Shown: one piece after another, positions 11,276 through 22,817 of the stretch
How the letters are laid out: every line of letters starts with the position of its first letter
How positions within the stretch are numbered: the first letter of the stretch is position 1
Assembly (NCBI GenBank): GCA_905178155.1
Contig: CAJINV010000005.1
Location: forward strand, 984,564 to 1,048,563
From: Amoebophrya sp. A120
Lineage: Eukaryota; Protista; Dinoflagellata
Length of the DNA stretch: 64,000 nucleotides
Direction of reading: 5' to 3'
The notes under the pieces: generated by a model
What the model was told of the DNA's origin: nothing
The model's database searches: none
What the model saw: the letters and a program-made list of their open reading frames with translations, nothing else
Translations under genes and position numbers: made by a program

Positions 11276-14200
11276 ATGTGTGCTTCATCTTTTCGACTTT
11301 ACTGCGCTTTGGTAACAGCATTTCACCGTCTCGCTCTGTTCCCGAGGAGCATCAGCGGTAGTTCTTTGAGATTACGAAAAAATGCCGGCCATCCGTCCGA
11401 GCAGAAGAAACCTATACCCAGGTCGTTGTCCTTTTTGTCCTCGAATAAACGCACGTCAAATCGCAACCGACCGCACCAGGACAAACCTCGGGGGCGGGCC
11501 CTACTAGAGCATAAGGAAAATATTAAGGGGCCGCTCGACGATGTGGCTAGGTTTTTTGGATTGCACGGAGGAGAAGACGAAAACTTCAAGCGCAAGCCTT
11601 GGAAGGTGTCCCAAATCGCCTGGGGAGAGCCCGGTGACGCGACGTGTCCCCCCGGGTCGGATATGCATTGCAAATATGTCTGGGTCTGGAATGTTGCCGG
11701 GTTTGTTATGCATGTTTTGCATGACCCAGGATGTCTGTAGTGCACGATCTAGCATCACAGATTTTTAGAGGGCTTCCTGATGCCTACTTCGCATGACAAA
11801 TGCCTTCCCCGCGTAGCACAAACTAGACTCCTCTTGCTGGTCTTGCAATACAGATTTTTTCAGAGTCCAATGTTAGCATCACAAGTTCCAACCTTCCAGA
11901 CCCAGACACTTTTGCATTTGATATCGGAACCGCTGGACGAGCGGTCGTGCGGGGATGCAGTGTACCTGATGCTCGACCACCTTATCAAAGTGAAAAATCC
12001 CCCCTCCCCAATTGAAACGAAGTTTGTGATGCTGGACTTCCGTACACAAATCAGATTTGTCTTGCTGGAGAGGACTGCGGGCCCATATCAAACCTGAGTA
12101 GGGAGATTTTGGTCTACACATTTAGCATGAGAAGCGTCCGTGCTGTAGGCTCAGCAGCATCACAAACCGCCTGCATAGCGCGGCGGAACCTGTGGGGCTG
12201 CCTGCTTGCGAGACAGAGATGATGATGATGATGTTACCCAGTAAAGGGTTTAGGGTGTTGAAGAACTAAAATATTCCTCAGCGTCGTGCTGCTCCTCAGG
12301 ACGTTCTCCTTCGTCGCAACGTCTGCGGCCACGTTTCTTCAACTTGCGCCGTGCCTGGTGCGATCTCATCGCCCCCACAATCCATCCCAGTTTGCGCAGC
12401 GGCTGTCCTTCGTCGGGGGTGTGAAATGTGGCGTCGTCGTGTTGAAGCTCGTACTTGTACACCTTGCAGTGCGGGCGCCGGATATGCTGCGCCCCCGCTC
12501 GGTCCGTGTAGAGGGATTCACGGGGCAGATGGTAAGCCCACGCCGAGGCACCGCCTCCGTAGGTGTACTTCGCTTCCGTCCTGTTCCAGCCATGATTTGT
12601 GGTCGCAAATCAGCATCACATGCCTTTTCGATATGGGGAGGGGGAATTTTTCCTCGTGATACACCTGCAGCTTTCGCACCAACGCTGGCCGGTGATCTCC
12701 TCCCGGGACTTCGTGGGACGTGGCCCCGATTCTGCGGGGTATTGGCGCGGGGAGTTGGGGTGGGAAAACCGCTGCGCTGGGGATGGAGAAAGGCGTTGCG
12801 GGGTGCATAACAAGAACTTGCCGTTCTACGGCGAGAAGCTGTGGGGCTTCCATAATTTGCCTGTGGGCTGCAGCGTACAGAGCACGGGGCGGGACCCGGA
12901 GGTGGACGTGCCGGGGACGCACGTGTGCGGCCCGTTAGATCACCAGTGGAGAATATCCCACAGAATAAAGAGACAGGCAGGCCATAAGTATTTGTGATGC
13001 AAAAAAGGAAAAAATGAAAGTATCATCTCTCTGGCGTGTCAGAAGCAGCATAGGGACGACGCCCATGACAGATCTTTCTGTTTAAAGTAATTTGTTTCTG
13101 CACGGTAAACATCAAGTATGCCAGGCCTGCTCTATTTCTGCGGGATAGAGGATGCCGCATTATCGCGACCCGAGTTACCGGGTGCCGCCGGACTGGTACC
13201 AGGTACCGGAAGAGGAGATGCACCTTGATAGTGAAATGCTCCTTCAATTTCAAGGTGTGAGAAGAGAAAGCGACGCTTGCCGCGAATGGCGCAGTGCCTA
13301 TATCCCGGTTTGCCGCCGATTGGAGGACATAAACGACAGTGTTTCAGAGGACGAGATTGCGGATCTTCCAGCTTCCTGGACCACGCCTCCAGTCGCGCCG
13401 CAGACGATAGACGAACTAGCTTGGGGCGAGCCGGGGGACGCCGACTGCCCGCAAGGGTCACACCCCCTGGAAGAGTCGTCTTGCGCGGTGGCCGTTGCGC
13501 TGCTACGCGAATACCATGATTGGACAACGAATATTCCCGGGCGCGTGCCGGCAGGATATACCGCGACCCCGAGGTTCCACACGACTAGCGATCTGACGTG
13601 GCCGGAACTCAGTAAAGAGGCTAGCATTAACAACCAACAGGACGGTCGGTACAATTTTAACGGCACTTCGTGTTCGAACGTCACCGCCGGTTTTAACGCT
13701 TTTATCCTACCTCACCTCGGAATCGAGTTTGCGCTTAGCGATAGCGAAATTGCGCGGGTGATAAACAGCGCCTGCCCGGTAAACGTGAACGTGCCGTTCA
13801 ATCCCGGCAGCACTCTAATTGTGTCACTCCCGGAAAGCCTCAGTAAGCTGCCGAATCCACACGAGCTGTATGACATGTATCGGGCTCGGCATAAAAACTG
13901 GACAAATGCTGAACCGTGGATGAAGTTAGCGGATGCCACAACTGGGTGGCAGAAGCAATGGGATTGGTATAATGTTCCCCTGGGTTGCAGCATCCAGTCC
14001 TCGGGCCGGGAGGTGGAACAGCAGACGCCGGACTCGCACCCCTGCGGAGCTAGCTTCACCCCGAATCGCGAGGCGCACTGGCGAGACGGCGAGGTTCCCT
14101 CGGACTGGCACGAGCCAAACGGTGCCTGTCGCGCGTGGCGCAGCATCTACATGCCGGTTTGCCGCCGCGACCGGCCGGACTCGTGGACGCCACCGGAAAA

Positions 14201-15851
14201 GCCCGCGGCGGTTACCTGCCCCCGCGGGAGCCGTCTGCTCGACTACAAGGGGACCGTCCGCGGCGCCGACATTGTAGGATGCGGGATCGAGGACTGCGAC
14301 GCACGCACGCTGAGCTCGCAGGCAGCGACAACACAGGACTGCTACAATCTCTGCCGTAGAATGCAGCCCTTGTGCCAGGCCTTTGAGTGGGCTGATGTCG
14401 GGTGGAGCGAGAAGACGCCGAACCGCACCAATTGCGAGTTGCACGGCGAGGCAGAGCCAAACGGCCTGCAGCACGGGGTCGACGGCCACTTCCACCAGAT
14501 TGTGTGCGGACTCGAGGAAGTGCAGTCGCCTCAGGTCGTGCCGAAGGGACCGGAGGTTCTCGGCACTATTGCAGCGGACGCCGCAGCTACGGACGGTGCG
14601 CGGGTTCCCGCGTCAGAGGTGGCGCGTGATCGGACAGCAGCAGCTGTAGCGGAGCAAGAGCCGAACTCTCCGGCTTCCTCAGAGCCTCCGCCCTACGTGC
14701 ACCCGACGTGGCCACCTACTGCCGTAGTTCCTTCAGCGAAACCAAAGGGGCCGTCCAGCGACTATGGACTGCAACTGACAGCGAAGCAACAAGGATCCGC
14801 TACTAACAGTACTTCTACTTCGGCGAGGACAGCACGCGAAGCGTCGACGAGCCATAACCACACAATTATTTTCACCGACGATCATACACTCCATGCGCAT
14901 ACCTCCGAAGCGATAGAAGCTGCAACGGAACCGCCCGAAAACGAAAAGAGCACGAACGCATCAGTCAAGGGGCAGGAAACCGAGGACGCTGCCCAACGTG
15001 GCGGGGTAATCATGCAGAGCAGCAGAACTTCTGGCACGGCAGCTGCGGGTGCTCGGAATAGCACTGGGGAAGTCAGCGGTCGTTTGCCGGAAGGAGCCAT
15101 CAAATCACAGTCAGAAGAATTAGACACGCCGGACCAGGACGCAGTCCCAGCTGCGGCCGGGCGCGTTGCCACAATTTGTGGCTGCTCCGCCACCTTCGTT
15201 TTTGCAACATCGCTCCTGAGTGTCATTATCCTTTGTCTGGGCGTCGCGTTTTGCTTCGTATTTCTCTCCAAGCAGGACATGGCGACGGAGCTGCAGGACC
15301 AGCGGGCGCGACACTTTGCAAACCAGTTCGACTACGACCCGCAGCGGCAATTTGATAAGTTTGGCGATTCGAATGCCGCATTGCAGGGGCGATCGCTGAA
15401 CTCGTACGATGTGAGTGTGGCAGCTGCGGGTCCTAGCGGCGTGGCAAGATCAGCCATAGCAACGGGGGTTGAAGTCCCGCCATCGCACCTCAACAGCCCT
15501 GGGTCGATCTACCCGGACTTCATGGCGCAGCCGGGTAGTACAACAGCAGACATGACTTCTAAGCGCAAGAGCAGCTCTCCAGGGCGGGATCTTCCGCCTG
15601 CCGCCAGCGGCCTTGCTGCGACCTCCCGAACAAGTGAGGGACCAGTTCATACAACTCTTATGGTACCTGCGCCGCCGGTACCTCAGTCGACGAAGACTGG
15701 CCTTCTAGTGCCAAGCGCTGATTTTGGATCGGGCGAAAGCCAGGGAAACGCGAACGCCGATAGTCTTGACGAAGATGTAGAAGCTGCCGACCGCCGGCGG
15801 GCAGGCGAGAATGGGAGCAGCGAAGAATCAGTCAGTGACGAGGATTTTTGA
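11276..15851 (+). CDS. Cys-rich type I membrane/surface protein with an internal duplicated module and a PAN/Apple-like domain (start uncertain)
   Basis: Duplicated module AWGEPGDA.CP.GS.PL...SC / N.P.GCS.QS.GR..E...P..H.CG / C(R)EWRS.Y.PVCRR. PAN-like CYNLCRRMQPLCQAFEW..NCEL. Ser/Thr/Pro stalk, one hydrophobic TM (FVFATSLLSVIILCLGVAFCFVFL) and an acidic tail. Three introners interrupt the 5' part. Confidence 0.7.
11662..11923. mobile_element. Introner, family A (262 bp), TSD TCGGA
   Basis: TATGCATTGCAAATATGTCTGGGTCTGGAA...TTCCAGACCCAGACACTTTTGCATTTGATA. Removal gives CPPGSEPLDERSC, matching the internal paralogous repeat CPQGSHPLEESSC. Confidence 0.94.
11983..12661. mobile_element. Introner, family D (679 bp including a nested insert), TSD CACCT
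   Basis: TATCAAAGTGAAAAATCCCCCTCCCCA...TGGGGAGGGGGAATTTTTCCTCGTGATA. Interior aligns with 9038-9359 apart from about 373 extra bp. Removal gives ..MLDHLQLSHQRW.. Confidence 0.92.
12219..12591 (-). mobile_element. Probable 5'-truncated non-LTR retrotransposon 3' end nested in an introner
   Basis: Absent from the sister D copy. The minus strand reads as an open frame ending TAA at 12250, followed by a short 3' UTR and a (CAT)5 tail. ATGAT occurs at both junctions. Confidence 0.6.
12954..13147. mobile_element. Introner, family F-like (194 bp), TSD GAGAA/GAGGA
   Basis: TATCCCACAGAATAAAG...CTCTATTTCTGCGGGATA. Removal gives ..HQWRMPHYRDP.., joining two ORFs. Confidence 0.85.
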
Positions 15852-16353
15852 ATTATCGATACAGCTTGTCATTCAAACCACAATTAGAAATCGCAAATAC
15901 TACTAATTAAAGCGCAGCTTTTCTTGCTAATTTGTCCTCCACTTTTGCGGCGCCAGTCTTCGATATGAAATCAAACTTGTTTCATGTTTCGTATCTCTCT
16001 GGTAACATTTATTTTTCACTTGCGCACTGGCACGCAGCTAGCATTCTACCTCCGGAAGTGCCACAGCCTTCCTTTGTGTTTCTTCGCTTATTGCCCAGTG
16101 AGGCGTAGAATGAGGGAAGGGAAAAGTCGGAAGAAGAGCTTCGTTCTACGAAACCAAGTGCGACGTGTGTGCGATGAAGAGAGAAAAAGAGAGTAATACG
16201 TGCAGGTCCGAACAAGATCGATGGCGTGCTGCGGTTCCAGTGGAGCACCTCGTGCCTTTGGTACTAAATTTTGCGTCAATATTACTGAGTCGGTGTACGT
16301 GTAGATTTGGAATGCCACATTCGTTTTTTCTACTCAGCTAAAAACACAACAAA

Positions 16354-17970
16354 ATGCCTGAGTCACCCACGAGCAAGCGCCGGAAATCCTCGGTGGACGA
16401 CGACGATTTCTTAGACTTGCCTGTGCAAGAGAAGGTTAAGGCACTTTTCGCTCCGAGAGCCGAAGACAAAAAGGAGGGTGCGACCCCTGACGCAGCAAAA
16501 ACAGAAATCGAGCGCAAGCGCGCCGAAATTGACGCTGCTGTCGAAGCGTTCGAGAAACACGCGATTGAGAAATTCCCAAAATTTTTGGAGTTCGACACCC
16601 AAAAGCGGATCGACGCCACGCTGCAAATTATGCGGGACCTCCACAAAGAAGAGCAGGCGGCGGAGGTTCACGCCCTGCTCAGTGGCGGCAAACAAGTCGA
16701 TCGCGAAGCTCGTGAAAAGCGCCACCGGCTATGTCGTGGTGCTCTCGATTTGCCACGACAGATTGACGACGAGAAGATAGAGCAGCTTGTCGACGCGCCT
16801 CATAAATTTTTCCTGCCCGCACGAAAAGCAGACACGGATGAGGTGCGACTGCACCGCGGGGACTTCGTTTACGCGCACAACACACCGTGGTTGCCGGAGA
16901 ACTATTCCACCTTCAGCAAATATTTCGTCTTCTGTTCAAGCGGGTCCGCGGCTCACGGTTTTCGGAACTCTATCCTGGATCATGAGGCGGTCAGCTTGAT
17001 CAACCTCCCTTCCGCCAGCGGGCTATGTGCGTCGAACGTCTGTGCACCACTGCGTCCGCCGAATGGAAACCGGGACTGGTTCCTGGCTGGTAGCGACTAC
17101 TGGTTCGATGCGGACACCGGGTGCGCGGTGACCTGGTGGATGACGTGGGAGAGGGTCCTGAAACACTGTCTGCTGGAGCAGCCACTGCAGCCGGCAAAAA
17201 TTTCGATCGAGTTCGTCAACGGGAAACAATCCTTCATGGGAAACAGGTTTGAACAGTCAGGAATAATGACGGACTTTGCCGGGGACTACTTTGTCATCAC
17301 CCTGTCCGGTTGCCAGCGCGACTTTTCTTCCGATCGCGACTGGCAACGGTTCGCCATGCAGGAGGATCCCGCGTTGCTGGACGAGAGCTGCACATTGATG
17401 GTGGCTTCCGGAGACAAAATCGCCTTGATCGACAATGCGGGAGAGTTTCTGTCAGAACTTCGCACAGGGAACACCGACTGTGACGGCCACTTTCTGCGGT
17501 TTCACCGCGCCGAGTTCGTGGCCGTGTGGCCGAAGCAGGCGGAGTACCTGGGACTCAGCGCTTCTGCGGAGAACGGACTCACCAAGATTTGGAAGTTCCA
17601 CAATTGTTACAAGCTGGACCGGCTGCAGAATGTATTCGCGGAATTCGTCACAAGCCTGTCACAAACCGCTCACGAACAGGAAGAGGAGCTCAAGGAACGG
17701 GCGGCCTTAGAAGCAGACGACGAAGAAGTGGAATCACTGCCGTTGCGCTGCGACTTTGAAAACTTGCTGGAAGAAAACCCATTCTGCAAAGAAATCAGCT
17801 TTCAGTGGCCGCGGAAAAAGAGGGACAAGAAAACGGGGGAAGGCGAGGAGCTCGGGCGGTTTTCTGTGCGAAGAAACCTCTCCACAAACGAAGATGAAGT
17901 TAAATCGGCGCGCTTGTTTACCTGGACTGGACTTGATGATCAGGCAGGTTCATCTTCTACACCTGCGTAA
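16354..17970 (+). CDS. Hypothetical protein (538 aa, single exon)
   Basis: Long ATG-initiated ORF with coding-like composition and AT-rich flanks. No recognisable motif. Confidence 0.75.
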   Translation: MPESPTSKRRKSSVDDDDFLDLPVQEKVKALFAPRAEDKKEGATPDAAKTEIERKRAEIDAAVEAFEKHAIEKFPKFLEFDTQKRIDATLQIMRDLHKEEQAAEVHALLSGGKQVDREAREKRHRLCRGALDLPRQIDDEKIEQLVDAPHKFFLPARKADTDEVRLHRGDFVYAHNTPWLPENYSTFSKYFVFCSSGSAAHGFRNSILDHEAVSLINLPSASGLCASNVCAPLRPPNGNRDWFLAGSDYWFDADTGCAVTWWMTWERVLKHCLLEQPLQPAKISIEFVNGKQSFMGNRFEQSGIMTDFAGDYFVITLSGCQRDFSSDRDWQRFAMQEDPALLDESCTLMVASGDKIALIDNAGEFLSELRTGNTDCDGHFLRFHRAEFVAVWPKQAEYLGLSASAENGLTKIWKFHNCYKLDRLQNVFAEFVTSLSQTAHEQEEELKERAALEADDEEVESLPLRCDFENLLEENPFCKEISFQWPRKKRDKKTGEGEELGRFSVRRNLSTNEDEVKSARLFTWTGLDDQAGSSSTPA

Positions 17971-18310
17971 GGATCTTGTCAAGCGTTAACGAAGTTGTTG
18001 ATGTGAAAAATTCTGATTCCACTCGCCGGGCAAAAATGCAGCAGACCGACAAGCAGGTTTCAGGCAATGTTGCTTTCGTTTGTTCACTATCAGCAGGCCT
18101 GCGTCATGTGCCGCTTTATTTCACATTTCGCCATAAGATCCGTGGGCTAAAGACGGCTATGCCCCTGATTTGCGGATGGAGACAAGTTGACTACCTCGTG
18201 CCCCCGACGTCACCAGCTTGACTGAGAGAAACGAGAGAGCAAGCATGAAATGAAAACAAAGTGATGTAGTTGTTCGCAAGTGTTCGCAGTTCATCCTCCG
18301 ATGCTTGCTT

Positions 18311-18410
18311 NNNNNNNNNNNNNNNNNNNNNNNNNNNNNNNNNNNNNNNNNNNNNNNNNNNNNNNNNNNNNNNNNNNNNNNNNNNNNNNNNNNNNNNNNN
18401 NNNNNNNNNN
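18311..18410. other. Assembly gap (100 N)
   Basis: Run of exactly 100 N. Confidence 1.
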
Positions 18411-20663
18411 ACGTCTGCGGCCTATAGCGTCTTCCGAATCGCACTTCCGTCCGAGGAAAGTCTCTTCGCCAAGGCAACGGAGAAATTCGCCGCCAACGGC
18501 CTTGCCACGGACAAGGAGCCCACGACGGACGTGACCATCACTCGGCATCTCGTGTCCGTCAAAGACATCATCGCCCATGCAGACTACGTGCGGGCGCAGG
18601 ACCAGCCGCGGGGCGGGAACGTTTTGTCCACCCGGGATTTGCTGTCGCTCTCCCTAACGCCGGCGAAGGTGTGGGAGAAGGAGTTTTCCGCGCGGGAGAT
18701 GGGACCCGATTTGGCCATCGACCGCGGCTTCGAAGCGGGGGAAGCGGAAACCGCGAAACCGGTGCTGCAACTCGGACGGGGACTGCCGTTCGAGGATAAT
18801 AATTCCGCATCAGAAGCAGACGAAGGGAGTAGTACAGCTGGACACGGCAAGGACAATCCTCCGACACCGCCGGATGAAGACGATGACACAACAACCAGCA
18901 TTCCGGAAACCACGCAATCGTTGGAGCAGAAGGCGCACCGCTTCGCGCAGCAACGCCGCTTGCAGCCAAAGCTTCTACCTCGGCAGCACTGTTTGGTGAT
19001 GGTGTTCGGACAGTACCGAGCGGTGATTTGGCGGTCCGAAGCGTTGCTCTTCGGCGCCGAGCAGCCGGAGATGCGGCAGCTCGCGCTGGATCTGAAAGCT
19101 TCTGTAGAATCCAGGTATCGATACCGCGCGCCGCAAAACGAGCTGGCGGTTTTTTCTGGTAGCGGTGGCTCATCGGACCCTTCTGGAGGAGGCGCTTTAT
19201 TCGGTGGTGCAAACGGAAATGGCAATCATCAATCCGCGGAGGGCGGGCGAAGTTCGACGTTTCGGGCCGAGCGGGTGGAGAGAGATTTCGAAGTCGTCGT
19301 GGTGCAGCACCTGCTGGATCACGTGTGCAACGCCTGGGAGAGGCGTTTGCTGTTCTACCGACCGATTCTGTCCCAGATCAGCAAGTCGCTGGCCGGGATC
19401 GTCCACAGCGAGGACGGGGACGACTTGCTGTTCCGAGTGTCGAATCTCCTTCCCCTCCGCGATTCCCTCGGTTCCTTCACGATGCAACTGCAGGACGCGA
19501 TTGGGGCGCTGGAGACGACCGTCTCGAGCGACGAGGCCATGCTTTCGATGTTGCTCACCGAGAAGTCCTTACTCGGGGCGGAACGACGGCAGCTGCACGT
19601 GCAGCGCATGAAAAGCGCCCAGTATGGGTGGAAGGAGGGGGAAGGCCGGTTCGCGGACGACGCGGCGACGGGTGCGGAAATAAATGCTGCTCCGACGACG
19701 ACCGTCACGCGGACGAAGAGCAAATCGAATGTCCTAGGCGACGAAGTGCTGGCGAGCAAGGGCGTGGGCGGGAGCAAGAAGACAACGGCGAATTATAAGG
19801 CGGGTTCATCTTCTAAATCAGCGACATCAGGTCCGCCTCTGTCTTCGGCCGCAACCCCCGCCGTCGACCCTGACAATTTAAACACGATCCAGAGGAACAT
19901 GGCGTTGGCCGTTGCAAGAAAGGTTTCTACCGTAGAAGACGATCTCGCGATGATTGACGCGCGGTACCACACGACGATTGAAATTATGCTGGAGGAGTTC
20001 GCCCGGCAGCTGAACGGAGTGTTGTCCGAGGTCTTGTACATGCAAAAGCGGCTGGACGCGAAGCAGGAACTGGTCACGGTGTCCATGAGCAGTTCCCGAA
20101 ATCAAATTTTGCGGTTAAATCTCTACTTGTCCATCGCAGGGTTGGCTTGCATGGTCCCAACAACGATCGCCGGGTTTTTCGGGATGAATTTGGACAACGG
20201 GATCGATTTCCACCTGGTCCCGTACATTTTCGAAATTGTCACTGTCTCGAGCTCAGGAATTGGGTTACTTGCAGCGCTCTACTGTTTTCGGTATTTGAAG
20301 CGGTCCCACCAGGGGCGCAACAACCAGGACCGGATACGGCAGTTGAAATCCTACGGCAGACTCTTGGAGGACTTGGACGCCTTGGACCGGGCTTTTCTAC
20401 ACGGCATTCTACCAAGATTAGATGCCGGTATGGCGGCGCAAAGTTCTATGCAGTCAAAGCTATCGGGGGCACCGCCTGTTACGTCGAATCAGCAATTATC
20501 CGTCGCGGATTTCCGAGAAATCTTTCAGCAGGCCAGGCCGGATATACCGGTGTCAGAGGAAGAGGCACAGCTGGTGTTTGACATGTTCGACGTCGATCGG
20601 TCGGGCGCACTGGAGTCGGGGGAGCTGGAGAGCTTAAGGCCAAACAAGCGCGGAAGGGGTTGA
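18411..20663 (+). CDS. Mrs2/CorA-family Mg2+ transporter with a C-terminal EF-hand (5' end in or before the gap)
   Basis: RDLL..L, LLPRQHCLVMVFGQYRAVI, DFEVVVVQHLL, SSRNQILRLNLYL..AGFFGMNL (GMN signature), a second TM, and EF-hand loop DVDRSGALESGE. Confidence 0.9.
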   Translation, partial: TSAAYSVFRIALPSEESLFAKATEKFAANGLATDKEPTTDVTITRHLVSVKDIIAHADYVRAQDQPRGGNVLSTRDLLSLSLTPAKVWEKEFSAREMGPDLAIDRGFEAGEAETAKPVLQLGRGLPFEDNNSASEADEGSSTAGHGKDNPPTPPDEDDDTTTSIPETTQSLEQKAHRFAQQRRLQPKLLPRQHCLVMVFGQYRAVIWRSEALLFGAEQPEMRQLALDLKASVESRYRYRAPQNELAVFSGSGGSSDPSGGGALFGGANGNGNHQSAEGGRSSTFRAERVERDFEVVVVQHLLDHVCNAWERRLLFYRPILSQISKSLAGIVHSEDGDDLLFRVSNLLPLRDSLGSFTMQLQDAIGALETTVSSDEAMLSMLLTEKSLLGAERRQLHVQRMKSAQYGWKEGEGRFADDAATGAEINAAPTTTVTRTKSKSNVLGDEVLASKGVGGSKKTTANYKAGSSSKSATSGPPLSSAATPAVDPDNLNTIQRNMALAVARKVSTVEDDLAMIDARYHTTIEIMLEEFARQLNGVLSEVLYMQKRLDAKQELVTVSMSSSRNQILRLNLYLSIAGLACMVPTTIAGFFGMNLDNGIDFHLVPYIFEIVTVSSSGIGLLAALYCFRYLKRSHQGRNNQDRIRQLKSYGRLLEDLDALDRAFLHGILPRLDAGMAAQSSMQSKLSGAPPVTSNQQLSVADFREIFQQARPDIPVSEEEAQLVFDMFDVDRSGALESGELESLRPNKRGRG

Positions 20664-21417
20664 GAAACAAGGGAAGTAGTGCATAGCATTTTGCAAATGA
20701 ACCGTGAAAATATGATAGTATAGAAATCTAAATTACGTCGCTCTGAAGATTCTAAATGATGTGATGCTACCGCCACTGGCACTGCCTGCACTATGACGCA
20801 CTACGAATCGTGCTTGGTACTTATTGCTGGCTGCAGCTGCAATTGACGTACGTAGTATTGTTGCGTCACAGAGGTCTGCTCAGTCTAAGGCTGAGCAAGC
20901 AAGCTTCTGCCAAGATCCGCTGCTTCTACCTGTGATCTGTGAAATTGTGATCGCGTGTCAACAGTGTGCGGCTCCAGTGATGTCCTCGTAAGTAGATCTA
21001 AACCAATCGACACGAGGATCATGGTCTAGTGGTCTGGTCCTCGAGAAGATCTTGAGGAAGAGTGCGTTTTCACATTTCTAAAGATCCGCGTTATCGCGTT
21101 CTAAATAAAAGAACAACTCTAGGTCCTGATGCAAGCGAGGATCTAAATTGGCGATCTAAAGATCTCTGCTGCTTGTACGGAGAGTTCGTAATTATACCAA
21201 ATTTTTCCCACACGTCGACGACGTCCTACATTGTTCTCTAAAGATGAAGTAAAAGAAGTTCTACGGCCACATAAAAATTCTGCTGGGCTCTTTTTCATCT
21301 TCGCATCCCACTAAAAAATTTTTTTATCACATGATTCACGACACAGGGACCGTGTTTCCTCTCACGGTAGTAGAATAGGTTCTGCTGTCCTATAAAGTTT
21401 CACCCACAAACCACACC

Positions 21418-21926
21418 ATGGGAGGTGGCAACAAGGCTGGCCTCAAGTACACCTCCGGGTACTTGCTGGCGGCCATGAAGGGCGACGAGGTCACGGCTGA
21501 CATGATCAAGTCCATCTTTGAGGCTGGCGGCGTCGAGTACGAAATGGAATACATCAACCTGGTCGTCGAGAAGATGTCCGGCAAGTCGGTCTCCGAAGTG
21601 TTGAGCGCAGGTATAAACGTTTTTTCTCGTCTAGACGAAGTGCCGCTGTTTCTGTGTGTTCCATGCCATGACTTGTTGTTTCATATTTGCATTCACATAT
21701 TACTTCATGCTTGCTGTCGTTTAAAGACTCTAAACGAAAATATCGAATTCTTAAATTCACAATCACAGGTCTGGGCAACCTGGAGGCTTGCGGTGGAGGC
21801 GGCGGTGGCGGTGCTGCTGCCGGCGGATCCGCCGGTGGTGCGGCCGCGGGCGGTGCCGAGGAGAAGAAGGAGGAGGCTCCTCCGGAAGAGGAAGAGGAGG
21901 AGATGGAGTTCGATTTGTTCGATTAA
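21418..21926 (+). CDS. RPLP2: 60S acidic ribosomal protein P2
   Basis: LKYTSGYLLAAMKG..IKSIFEAGGVE..GKSVSEVLSAG. Intron 21611-21768 (GT-AG). Gly/Ala hinge and EEEEEEMEFDLFD C-terminus. Confidence 0.93.
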
Positions 21927-22645
21927 ACTGTTGTTGGTGCACCAATTCTGTGTTACCATGACAAAAAATCGTGCTGATTCAAAATGACACGACGACGACG
22001 TCCCAGGGAAGAAGATGTGACTGAACTTAAACTACTACTACGGGAAGGCATGAGGAAAAAAAAACGGAAGACCACGCGGGGCGAGCAGCTGAGCCTGCTT
22101 GTAGTTAGTTGCTTCTGCGCGTGGCGAGTCGTCTGTTGTATCGGCGATGGACAGGATTCAAAAAAAATCGCAACCTTTTCTGTGCGTAGCTCTCGGTTAG
22201 GTTTTGAAGAGTCATCGAAATGAGAGCATGAGAGGAGGGTCTGCTACAAAAAGTCTGGCGCTTTTCTTCGTTGCTGCGGCAGAGTGGAGCGACGATACAG
22301 GAGTGCCGTGTCGTCATTTCGTCTTCAAACGACAGTTGATTTTTTACAAAATCGTCTTCTGAATAGTAGATCTAGGTAGGTACTGAAAGAAACAGACTCA
22401 TTTAGAACGTGTGTGGTATAGCGAAGAAAACATGACGTCGGACGAAAAAGTTCTGCATGCTGCGCTGCGATGGGAGGCGGAGCGTAAACCGACGCCGTTA
22501 GATTGGAAGACGCACATCAGAGAGGAGCGGGACGCGTACAGAGAGGTACTTACTTAACGGCTACACGAATGTGATAATGCATGTCATTGATGTAGTCAAT
22601 GCCTTTAAATCGAAGTTAGTTCTTCACATTGGTCCATATTGTCCG

Positions 22646-22753
22646 AGCCTCCGAAAAATCCACATGATGACATTTTTTGTTGATGGCCTGATCTCGTCAG
22701 AATGAGGGCTACCACAAGGTCTGTGTTTCACCTGATTGGATTTTTCGGAGGCT
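22646..22753 (+). ncRNA. C/D-box snoRNA, copy 1 (LSU rRNA guide)
   Basis: 17-bp terminal stem AGCCTCCGAAAAATCCA/TGGATTTTTCGGAGGCT. Box C ATGATGA at 22664-22670, box D CTGA at 22732-22735. Guide GGTCTGTGTTTCA is complementary (one G-U pair) to conserved LSU rRNA TGAAACACGGACC. Confidence 0.8.
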
Positions 22754-22817
22754 TCGCTGCAAGGAATACATCACTACCGTTCGCGTGATAAATTCGCATG
22801 AAAATTTCTAGAGAAGC

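Noticed and set aside
12244-12256. AGGGTTTAGGG telomere-like sequence
   Set aside because: Fewer than two units, lying within the nested insert; insufficient for an interstitial telomere.
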